Of a stretch of DNA of 32,000 nucleotides, positions 7,044-15,318 are shown in pieces. Source of the DNA: Polynucleobacter paneuropaeus (GTDB lineage: Bacteria; Pseudomonadota; Gammaproteobacteria; Burkholderiales; Burkholderiaceae); the NCBI RefSeq assembly GCF_003261235.1, contig NZ_CP030085.1, positions 1,779,988 through 1,811,987 on the forward strand, written 5' to 3'. Made by a program: the position numbers and the translations under genes. Position 1 is the stretch's first letter. Each line of letters begins with the position of its first letter. The notes under the pieces are model-generated. The model saw only the letters and a list, made by a program, of their open reading frames with translations, was not told where the DNA came from and made no database searches.

Positions 7044-7406
7044 TTATTTAATTAGCGCCTCTACAAGACGCTCAAACATGTCATCTTCATTCATACCCGC
7101 ATAATCGCCAATTAGATGTTTAGTGATTGAACTTTCTATTTCATCCTTATCAGGCGTATTAAATAACGCTTCAACTTCATCCTCGTCATCAGCTACAACA
7201 TAGTGCCCAAGATTAAAGTCATAGATCTCCCCTTCGAATTCAACTTTTGAAGTAATGATCATTTCATCCCTTCCTTCGCGCAGGCCTGCTTTATTCCAGT
7301 AGAGAATTAAATTCTCATAAAAGTCATCTACTGATTTAACTTCAAATGAACCAAAGTAGCTGTCATTATTAAAATTTCTTGAGGCATGCAAATCAAATTT
7401 TTTCAT
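7044..7406 (-). CDS. Hypothetical acidic protein
   Basis: ORF 7044..7421. The ATG at 7404-7406 (MKKFDLH...) has GGAG about 10 nt upstream. Asp/Glu-rich. No family recognised. Confidence 0.6.
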   Translation of the reverse strand: MKKFDLHASRNFNNDSYFGSFEVKSVDDFYENLILYWNKAGLREGRDEMIITSKVEFEGEIYDFNLGHYVVADDEDEVEALFNTPDKDEIESSITKHLIGDYAGMNEDDMFERLVEALIK

Positions 7407-7644
7407 AGCAATTTTCTCCAAATATTTTTCTTATTCTATCTCCGCTAGATATCAATACTAGCTATACCTCTCATCCCGATAGTCACAAAAATCAATTTAG
7501 TCCAAAAGATTACTAAAAATTCCCTGAATTCATACCAAATCGCCTGATTTTCAAAATAAGAATTATTACGAATACGAGGTGGGGTTAGATTAGATCACCA
7601 GGGGCCGAGATCTCCACTGGCGTTGAAAATTGCGCGGTAAATTT

Positions 7645-8025
7645 TTAGGGCTTGCTACTGATCGGCTTAATAGCCTGTTGGTGATGCTGGCGATCTTTCT
7701 CGAGCTTTAATTGTTGTTTTGCTGAATCTACATTACGCCTAAGAGAGGTAACTCTTGCCTGCTTGAGATTCATTGTCTTAATAGGCTTAATCATTTTGAT
7801 AGCTTCATCTACAGTAAGCGCATCTTCATCCTCAGACAAGCTGGGGGCAGATGCCAAACTATTCATACCAAATTGATATTGCAGAATCAGCCGCGCATGG
7901 ATCTGACTATCGGCAAATACTGCTGTTTTAACTTGATGACCATTGATACGGACAAGGGCTTGATATTTGTTCATACAAATATTTATAGTCTCGGCGCCCC
8001 TCGGGTCTTTTAAATCATGTCGCAT
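7645..8025 (-). CDS. Hypothetical protein
   Basis: 126-aa ORF, co-oriented with its neighbours. No family recognised. Confidence 0.5.
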   Translation of the reverse strand: MRHDLKDPRGAETINICMNKYQALVRINGHQVKTAVFADSQIHARLILQYQFGMNSLASAPSLSEDEDALTVDEAIKMIKPIKTMNLKQARVTSLRRNVDSAKQQLKLEKDRQHHQQAIKPISSKP

Positions 8026-8257
8026 TCGGCTCTTTGCCAGCTGGCTCGCCTCTGCGATGGGGGCTTCAGCCCACCCATCTTTTCCAAAACGTGCACCACG
8101 TGGTGCTGGAAAATGATGGTCTTCTCTGTCCTAAGCGCACCAGCTGGTGCAGGACATTCGTCTTAGGCTTCGCTGGATCGGTGGCGACAGCTATCGCCAC
8201 CTATGGGGCTACCTTGCGGTGCGCCCCATATATAAATGTCCTTTAAAAGGACAAACA
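8026..8257. other. GC-rich, multi-hairpin intergenic element, possible structured RNA or ssDNA element
   Basis: 37 of 60 nt are G/C in 8041-8100 by hand count, against an AT-rich background. Six consecutive palindromes/hairpins (coordinates in findings), ending with GTCCTTTAAAAGGAC at 8238-8252. Confidence 0.5.
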
Positions 8258-8695
8258 TCAACGGCCAAAGCCCGCACGTACAGCGCCGCTTGCGGCTTCA
8301 ATTTGAGTATCAAGCTCACCCGCCTCTACGGCGACCTTAATAATCTCTAGGGCTTTAATCAGCTCCTCTGCTGAATTCACTTCTACAGCAGTTTTACCTT
8401 TAGCAAACTCAATGATCTTGGCACCATAGCGGATGTTTAAGCAAACTTTGCCATCCATAGCAACAAACCACCACTGACGAATACGCTTTTCATGTTCAAT
8501 GGTTTTACGTGCACCAGTGATGTCTTTAACTGTTTTGAATTTCTTAACAGTAAATGTGCCGCCTTCTTTGCTGGCTTTAGCTAACTGGATCTGCTCCCAG
8601 ACTTTGTTGGCTAATTTATTACGACGATGTAGTACTGGCGGTATAGCTGTTGGCTTTTTTGAATTAACCATTTTCAAACTGTTTAATGTGCTCAT
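8258..8695 (-). CDS. Hypothetical protein
   Basis: 145-aa ORF. No confident family assignment. Confidence 0.6.
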   Translation of the reverse strand: MSTLNSLKMVNSKKPTAIPPVLHRRNKLANKVWEQIQLAKASKEGGTFTVKKFKTVKDITGARKTIEHEKRIRQWWFVAMDGKVCLNIRYGAKIIEFAKGKTAVEVNSAEELIKALEIIKVAVEAGELDTQIEAASGAVRAGFGR

Positions 8696-9360
8696 CTTTT
8701 TCTCCTATAAGTTAATGGGCACACTTAATTTATTGTCAGAGTTTTTGGATGGACAACCTCTTTTTGCCAAAAGCCACAGAGATCTAATTATCTGACCCAG
8801 ATCTTGTCTCCTTTTATTAGGTTTCACTAAATAACTACGACGACAAAGCAGAAGAACGTTTTGTATGCCATAACTTATTACTACTGAAACAAGGGCAGTG
8901 ACACCCAGTCGTTATGTCACCCTAAAGCTGGACTTAGAGTCGCAGTCATGGAAATTCTGGGCGGTAGCAGAGACTTGTATTCACCATCCTTTACAGGACG
9001 CCATTAGCCTTGCTGACTAATATGAATCAAGTATATAAATTAGCACAAAGATCGTAAAACCTAGTTTTATGGATCACGAGAAAGCCCTGCTTACACAGCA
9101 ACTTTCAAACAAGACAAAGGTAGCCACTTATTGCTTTTGTCATTGTTGCGTTTCAAGCCGCACGTAAAAGGAGACAGCGAAACCGCCCTTCCCAAACTGG
9201 TTGTGCCCATAAGTGGTGTAGTAAAGAACTCAACAAAAGTCCTTTTCTATTACTGAGCCTGTTGCTTAAGGCTCAGTGTAGGTTGAATCTTCCAAAAGCT
9301 CTTAATAAGAAAAAGAAATGTGATGAGCGACAAGCGAAATCACAGGAGAACGTAGTTCGC

Positions 9361-9999
9361 CTATCTATCTATTTCAATAAATTCAATATTTCTTCCTGAT
9401 ATTGAATTAAATTCTTCAATACAAGTTTCTCTTAAATCCTCAATTCGCTCATCCATTTCTTGGAACGACATGATGTCATCCCTGCTTAAGTCAGTTTCTT
9501 CTTCTAATACATCATCAATATCGTCGATATCACATGACCAGCTATAGCTTAATTCTTCTTCCTCTTTGTGCTCAATGAATCCAAGTAATTTGTCAAAACA
9601 GACAATTCTTGTACCAATTAAATGGGGGTTATTGTCCTTATAATCCATCTGAACTACAACATCGGGATCTATGATTGAAGCGCACTTAGCAATATGATCT
9701 TGTAACTTTTCAGGGGCGATATTTTTACTTTCAAACTCAAGCTTATGGGTTGAACCAAAATACCAGCAACCATGAGCTCCAAGTAATTCACCACCATCAA
9801 ATTCATCCCCTTTACTCATGCCATAAAGTATTCTTGTGACAGCAGAATATCTCTCCGCATTTTTATCAAACGAGTATGTTCCAGAGCTATCTGTATTTTT
9901 ATCGAAATCATTCTTAAATCTTCGGATAATTTCTTTTTCTAATTCACGAATTTTTTCATTGCCATAAAAAGTAAACGTGCTTTCTACAGGTGTAGACAT
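9361..9999 (-). CDS. Hypothetical highly acidic protein
   Basis: 212-aa ORF. The C-terminal third is very Asp/Glu-rich (DIDDIDDVLEEETDLSRDD...). Confidence 0.6.
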   Translation of the reverse strand: MSTPVESTFTFYGNEKIRELEKEIIRRFKNDFDKNTDSSGTYSFDKNAERYSAVTRILYGMSKGDEFDGGELLGAHGCWYFGSTHKLEFESKNIAPEKLQDHIAKCASIIDPDVVVQMDYKDNNPHLIGTRIVCFDKLLGFIEHKEEEELSYSWSCDIDDIDDVLEEETDLSRDDIMSFQEMDERIEDLRETCIEEFNSISGRNIEFIEIDR

Positions 10000-10316
10000 T
10001 TTTCACCTCAAATTAAATTTGTTTAAGTAACTATAGCTAATTTTTATAACAACAGAATAGTTTTAAGCGGAAATCTTTCAAGCTCGCTGGCTTGGGTGGC
10101 TGAGCCAAAATTTAAAACGCTTATAGGTCGTTTTAAAAGGTCATCAAAATATCGTGGCGAAAATGCCACGATAAATATAAGAGAACAGTACTACTCTTAT
10201 ATTTTTGCCTAACTCATTGATAAAAAAGTACTTCTTTTTCAGCCATTTTCGGTTGCCCAAACCGAATCTAAGAAAACATACTGTAGTTCTGTATTTAATA
10301 TATTTGAGGAGAAAGT

Positions 10317-10883
10317 ATGTCACAAGCTAGAGTTTTAAATCCACAGGAACTACGCCGAGTTTTAGACCATGTTGCTACACGTAGGCATTCAGCACGTAAT
10401 CGCGCTATGTTGCTGTTAACGCACTACGCGGGTATGCGAGTCGCTGAAGTAGCCGCACTACGCATAAACGACGTTTTAAACGGCGACAGTACTATTAAGG
10501 GTGAAGTGCGCTTAATGCCCGAACAAACCAAGGGCAAACACCCTCGTACTGTTTACTTAAATGAACGGATGCAAAAGGAGCTGGCGCAGTACATCAAAGT
10601 AATCAAAATCAAAGATGCAACGAAACCCTTGTTTTATACACAGAAACAGGCGGGGTTCTCATCCAACTCTTTGACCCAGTACTTCTTTTACCTTTATCGC
10701 AATGTCGGCCTAGCTGGATGTAGCTCACATTCAGGTAGAAGGTCTTTTTTAACTGGACTTGCCAATAAAGGCACAGCGATTCATATATTGAAATCTCTCG
10801 CTGGGCACCGCAACATCAGCACCACCGCCACCTATCTCTACAGCAGTCCCGATCAACTCAAAGCCGCAGTAGAGCTAATTTAA
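10317..10883 (+). CDS. Small tyrosine recombinase (catalytic domain only, FimB/FimE-size)
   Basis: 188-aa ORF with GGAG upstream. Catalytic signature: AGMRVAEV (Arg), HSGRRSF (His-x-x-Arg), LAGHRNISTTATYLY (His...Tyr). Confidence 0.85.
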   Translation: MSQARVLNPQELRRVLDHVATRRHSARNRAMLLLTHYAGMRVAEVAALRINDVLNGDSTIKGEVRLMPEQTKGKHPRTVYLNERMQKELAQYIKVIKIKDATKPLFYTQKQAGFSSNSLTQYFFYLYRNVGLAGCSSHSGRRSFLTGLANKGTAIHILKSLAGHRNISTTATYLYSSPDQLKAAVELI

Positions 10884-11222
10884 CTATTTGGAGAAGTCGC
10901 TAAACACTTCTCCAGTGTATTTGTCATTAACCCTTGCTGTCTTTAAGTTGACAGTAAAAGCCAATCCTCTTGTGGCAAGTCGATGACCAAACCACTTACA
11001 CAGAACCTCAACTCTAGTTGCATTGTTCTTTCCATCAAGAATAAGTACTTGATCACCAAGCAAGAAAGTGCCACTAAATGTTGAACGCCTATATTTCGCA
11101 TCGGTAACATCAATTACACGAGCATTCTTAACCTTTATAGGCTTTATAGGCTTCGCTAATTTTGTAGTGTGAGGAATATCACTTTCCTCTTCCCACACTG
11201 GTGCTTTGTAATAGAAATCCAT
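10884..11222 (-). CDS. Hypothetical protein
   Basis: 112-aa ORF convergent with the recombinase. No family recognised. Confidence 0.5.
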   Translation of the reverse strand: MDFYYKAPVWEEESDIPHTTKLAKPIKPIKVKNARVIDVTDAKYRRSTFSGTFLLGDQVLILDGKNNATRVEVLCKWFGHRLATRGLAFTVNLKTARVNDKYTGEVFSDFSK

Positions 11223-11285
11223 ATAACCCTCATATTTGCTTACAAGTTGTTATTAGGATATCAAATTTGTCCTTTTAAAGGGCAT

Positions 11286-12050
11286 TTACTGTGCGGGGAA
11301 TTTACCTAGAACCACATTCTCAATTATTAGCTCGGCACCACTTAGATACCTTTTTACGCTTGAGCCCATAGTGTTCCTCCTTGCGGCATTTATAGCTGGA
11401 AAGAGCTTTGGAGAAGTCATTGCTTTGGGGATTAAAGTTAAGCTCTCACCTATCTTCCAATTGGGCACTTTTGGCTTCTTTCCTTTGTGCTTCATGTATT
11501 CATCATATACATCTAAGGTTTTCTCTAAATTTTGTACTGTGTAATTTCTAGCCAATTGATACTTGGCATTACTTTTAGTTGATCCCTTAGTTGGTCTACC
11601 ACGTCCTGCCGTATGGCGCTCTTTTAATAGTTGTGCAAAACGACTTTGTAAATACCTTTTACTAGACGTTAGTGGTACAGCAAGAATCATCACCTCATCT
11701 TTGCTCCAACCATCTTGCCACTGTGACTTATCTTCCAGCTCTGTTAATTTCATTGCCCCATAGTTTTCGGCGAATAAATTCGGTCCTCGCTCGTCCTTAG
11801 TCCACCACTTGTGAAAGTCATCATCTCTCACATCTCCAAAGTCTTTATATAGCTCGGCATGTTTTCCTTTGCCGCCACGCTCACAACACTCTAAATATTC
11901 TTGATTACGGCGTAAGAACTGCCACCACCAGTAATAAGGACTGCGCTTTTGATATCCAAGTGGCAGTCTTTTGTTTTTTGTACCAAATATAGGGTACGGA
12001 GCTAGGAATCTTCTTGGCATTTTCTTGGCATGTAAATTGCAGGAATTCAT
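11286..12050 (-). CDS. Hypothetical regulator-like protein; the WWWQFLRRNxEY motif resembles the proteobacterial transcriptional-regulator-like domain DUF6499 seen in integrative elements
   Basis: 254-aa ORF. The motif YYWWWQFLRRNQEYLE is recalled from DUF6499/DUF2285-type ICE regulators (memory-based, unverified). Confidence 0.6.
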   Translation of the reverse strand: MNSCNLHAKKMPRRFLAPYPIFGTKNKRLPLGYQKRSPYYWWWQFLRRNQEYLECCERGGKGKHAELYKDFGDVRDDDFHKWWTKDERGPNLFAENYGAMKLTELEDKSQWQDGWSKDEVMILAVPLTSSKRYLQSRFAQLLKERHTAGRGRPTKGSTKSNAKYQLARNYTVQNLEKTLDVYDEYMKHKGKKPKVPNWKIGESLTLIPKAMTSPKLFPAINAARRNTMGSSVKRYLSGAELIIENVVLGKFPAQ

Positions 12051-12156
12051 AATCGTATCAGAAATATACCCGTTCTGCGTTCTAATTTAATTATGGCCAA
12101 GCGGTTAAATTTCTTAACAAGCAGTCATATTTCTTAATACAGAAAGAGAGTTAAAA

Positions 12157-12939
12157 ATGAATGCATTATTAAACGCAGTAGATACAACCCCTGTTACAAC
12201 AAACGTCCTTTTAAAGGACACAGCCAAAGTAACTAACGTTGCTGTTGGTACTACCGTTGCCCTTACTAATATGGAAGCAAATCGTATTAACTGGGAACAA
12301 GGTGCCTACAGAACAAGTAATCAAGCCTTATATGCAGTATTAGGCGATTGCTTGGCTTTTTGTGGTGATATGACACTTCCAGAAGCTAAACAACGTAGCG
12401 CATCTTTAGAGTCTTTCTATAAGGATCGCGGCTACACATATAAAAAGGATCTCCCATTAGCGACACGTGTAGTACGTGCAGTTTTTGGATCAAGAGATCG
12501 CCGTCGTATTAGCACCTACTCTTTGGTTATTCGTCAGGCAATGAAAGAGAAAGTTTTGATAGCTGACTTTTCAGCGTGGGTGGAAGAGCGTGGCGGGGTT
12601 CAAGAGATCAGTCTTGGCAAGAGCGCTACTTACATCAAGCCTGCGGACAAAGCTGAGATTGCTAAAAGCAATCTAAAAGGCAAAACACCGATTGGCTATG
12701 CCAAGTCTGAATTGCTCTCACATGTTGCTGATGCTCAGTACCTAGGCGATATGTGCGTACTTTTAGCAGAGCAACAAGCTGATGGCAGTTTTGGTGTCTA
12801 TGCAGTTTTGCGTCAAGACGGACTGGTTAAGTCTGCCTTTACCTCTTTGTATGCGGTTGGCAAAGAGCTTGAAGACAAAGCCAAAGCAGAGATCAAAGCG
12901 GCAAATGATGCTGATGGTGCGGTTGCTAAATCAGCTTAA
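12157..12939 (+). CDS. Hypothetical protein
   Basis: 260-aa ORF with an AAGAGAG-type RBS. It contains an in-frame copy of the GTCCTTTTAAAGGAC palindrome at 12205-12219 (encodes VLLKD). Confidence 0.65.
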   Translation: MNALLNAVDTTPVTTNVLLKDTAKVTNVAVGTTVALTNMEANRINWEQGAYRTSNQALYAVLGDCLAFCGDMTLPEAKQRSASLESFYKDRGYTYKKDLPLATRVVRAVFGSRDRRRISTYSLVIRQAMKEKVLIADFSAWVEERGGVQEISLGKSATYIKPADKAEIAKSNLKGKTPIGYAKSELLSHVADAQYLGDMCVLLAEQQADGSFGVYAVLRQDGLVKSAFTSLYAVGKELEDKAKAEIKAANDADGAVAKSA

Positions 12940-12957
12940 TTAATCAAGGGGAATGTT

Positions 12958-13677
12958 ATGAGCGTTCCCCATTCTTATTTGAAAGGAATACAAATGTTTA
13001 CGAAAGGAAATAATCATGAGCCTAAAACAATTGATGACATCATCTTTGGAAATAATGAATCTAAATTGCGGATTGAAGATATTGTCTCGGGTGCCGAAGA
13101 ATTACCTTACAGCGGCAAATCAGCCATTCTTTTATACGGAGTCTTTGGGACAGGCAAAACCACACTGGCCAAAATGCTACCTAACCACATTGAATATGGC
13201 AAAACTAAAGAAGAGTTAGTTTGGGATCCAGTGTTTATAGGCTGTCAGCAGGGCTTTAATGGGCCACAGCTAATGACTAAGATTGATGCAATCATGACAA
13301 CAATGTCGCTAAACGTCAGCGGCCTTCATTACTTCATCCTTGATGAGGTGGATAACTTAACCAAGCTGGCGCAACAAAGTTTGAAAACGGCCTTGAATAC
13401 GACATTAGGTGTATTTGTGCTCACAACAAACAATGTTTCTCAATTAGATAAGGGCATGTTAGATCGTTGCATCTTAGTTGAGATGAATGCGGCAAATCCG
13501 AATGCTTATTTGGATATTGCCAAATCCATTGCCAATGAAACAGGAGTCACTTTATCTAATGATGAGCTTCTACCAACTATTCAGGCCGCCAATGGATCAT
13601 TTCGTAACTTGTTTCATAACGTGGGGCGCTTGGCTAGACGTAAGGCGGAAAAGGTGCCACCTAATGCTATCTACTAA
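12958..13677 (+). CDS. AAA+ ATPase, clamp-loader/RFC-like
   Basis: 239-aa ORF. Walker A GVFGTGKTT, Walker B ILDEVDNL followed by AQQSLKTALN (RFC box V-like), and LDRCILVEM (SRC-motif-like). Confidence 0.8.
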   Translation: MSVPHSYLKGIQMFTKGNNHEPKTIDDIIFGNNESKLRIEDIVSGAEELPYSGKSAILLYGVFGTGKTTLAKMLPNHIEYGKTKEELVWDPVFIGCQQGFNGPQLMTKIDAIMTTMSLNVSGLHYFILDEVDNLTKLAQQSLKTALNTTLGVFVLTTNNVSQLDKGMLDRCILVEMNAANPNAYLDIAKSIANETGVTLSNDELLPTIQAANGSFRNLFHNVGRLARRKAEKVPPNAIY

Positions 13678-13687
13678 GGAGGGAACT

Positions 13688-13873
13688 ATGGAATCAGCAT
13701 GGATTGTCTTTCTTGCAGACGATGATGAATTTGTTATTGAAGTCTTTGATAACGAAAAGGCGGCCATTGATTGCTTTAAGTACCACATTAGCTCTGCACC
13801 ATCAGCCACCTACATCGTTAGAATAGACCCAACAAACTTTCAGTCTACCTTTACCGTCCCACTTGAAGAGTAA
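13688..13873 (+). CDS. Small hypothetical protein
   Basis: ATG at 13688 preceded by AAGGAGG. It is the 3' part of ORF 13487..13873, whose upstream part overlaps the ATPase gene out of frame. Confidence 0.55.
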   Translation: MESAWIVFLADDDEFVIEVFDNEKAAIDCFKYHISSAPSATYIVRIDPTNFQSTFTVPLEE

Positions 13874-13880
13874 AGTTAAT

Positions 13881-13905
13881 AGCCCACTTCCGAGTGGGCT
13901 TTTTT
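13881..13905 (+). terminator. Rho-independent terminator
   Basis: AGCCCACT-TCCG-AGTGGGCT followed by TTTTT. Lies between the convergent genes 13688..13873 and 13904..15178. Confidence 0.8.
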
Positions 13906-15178
13906 ATGCCAACCTATCCGCCGCCATCGTTGCCGTCAACTTGCTGTAATGACGATCAATCATGGCGGCACTATTTCCCATCTGCTTAGATAGCGTATGT
14001 ATATCAGTCTTGTTCTCTAGTAGCTCCAAAGTAGCGTAGGTATGACGCAAGGAATATAAAGTACGCATCTGTCCGTCGTGACTCAATCCCAAGCCACTAT
14101 CTCGCATCAATCGCTTAAATGCGCCATCAATCCGCATGGGCTGGTGTCCGTTGGCAAAGACAAAGATCCGCTCGGGGCAACGAGTCTCAAACAATCTGTC
14201 AAATGGGATGTCGTACACAGCCTTTTGCCTACTGTGTAATCGCTTGAGAACGTCTACAGCTTTATGTTTGGCAATGAGCCAACGCCCTCCTGTCTTGCCA
14301 TCCACCCAAATACGTAGGTATTTCTTATCTCCCTGCGTGTGCCACTCAATATTATTCCAGCAGATATTCAGTGCTTCAGTGCCATGCCGCATGCCTGTGT
14401 ATAAGAGCATTTCCACATAATCTCGCAGTAGCGGACGAGTCTCATGCTCAATCTCTAATCGGCCTTGTTTAATCCATGGCTCCATAAACTCCAACAAGCG
14501 ATCAATCTCTTCACGAGTGAATGCTGGGCGGGTTTTACCCTTCTGCCCTCTAGCTGTGAGTTTGGGAATAGCTACTCGCTCGCTGATCCAGCCTTTGCTA
14601 ATAGCCACAAGCTGTAACTTAGTCCAAGCACTGGCAAAGTTCATTAGGGTGCTGGCACGAGGGATCTTATTCATCTGCCTATTACGCCAAACCTCAAACT
14701 CATGCACGTCTGTATAAGTTATTTCTTCTAGTCTTTTGTCCTGAAAGTAAGGTAGAAAGTATTTTTCAATACAGGTGATGTAGCTACCGTAGACACTTTT
14801 GCCTATACCCACATCCAAGTCTTGCCGCATTGAGTAGAGAGTGGCGTGTGCAATTTCTGCAAACGTGGGCGACTTTTGTGCAAGCCCCAGTCTTTGGCGA
14901 AATCTGGTTTCATCGTAAAGATCACAAGCCATTCGTACAGCGTGTTCAATGCTGGCTTGGCGCGTGGTCTGGCGATGCCATGAGCCATCTTGCAATCTAA
15001 AACGGCAATGCCAAAGTGGGCTTCCGGGTCTGCGGTGGATAACTACCTCGCCATCACGCAAGTAAAGCTCTGTGGGTTCGGCGTATTTGAGCTGGCTTAG
15101 GGCTGTGGGTTGGGATTCTTGGAGTGGTGAGGAGATTACTTCTAGGTGACTTTCAGGTACTTTGATTACCTTAGTCAC
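13904..15178 (-). CDS. int: Tyrosine integrase (phage-integrase family, P4-like size)
   Basis: 424-aa ORF. LYTGMRHGTE (Arg), LRHTYATLEL (box II His-x-x-Arg region), IDRHYSKL (catalytic Tyr). Confidence 0.9.
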   Translation of the reverse strand: MTKVIKVPESHLEVISSPLQESQPTALSQLKYAEPTELYLRDGEVVIHRRPGSPLWHCRFRLQDGSWHRQTTRQASIEHAVRMACDLYDETRFRQRLGLAQKSPTFAEIAHATLYSMRQDLDVGIGKSVYGSYITCIEKYFLPYFQDKRLEEITYTDVHEFEVWRNRQMNKIPRASTLMNFASAWTKLQLVAISKGWISERVAIPKLTARGQKGKTRPAFTREEIDRLLEFMEPWIKQGRLEIEHETRPLLRDYVEMLLYTGMRHGTEALNICWNNIEWHTQGDKKYLRIWVDGKTGGRWLIAKHKAVDVLKRLHSRQKAVYDIPFDRLFETRCPERIFVFANGHQPMRIDGAFKRLMRDSGLGLSHDGQMRTLYSLRHTYATLELLENKTDIHTLSKQMGNSAAMIDRHYSKLTATMAADRLA

Positions 15179-15318
15179 TTTGTAGGTGGCGTGCTGTTGT
15201 CATACAGCTATTTTATTTTCAGCTTTTGTTTTGAGCAACCTTAAAAAGAAACGCCTTCCTCTTTTATTAATTATGTTTACCTCGTAGTTTTGGCCACATT
15301 GAATGATATTCATTTTGG

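Noticed and set aside
8034-8350. ORFs 8034..8246(+) and 8147..8350(+)
   Set aside because: They lie in the GC-rich hairpin block (one also antisense to 8258..8695). Their Arg/Gly/Cys/Trp-rich composition is typical of non-coding GC-rich DNA.
13016-15000. Internal or antisense ORFs 13016..13219, 13597..13809, 14136..14420, 14517..14717, 14803..14988
   Set aside because: They are embedded in the well-supported AAA+ ATPase and integrase genes.
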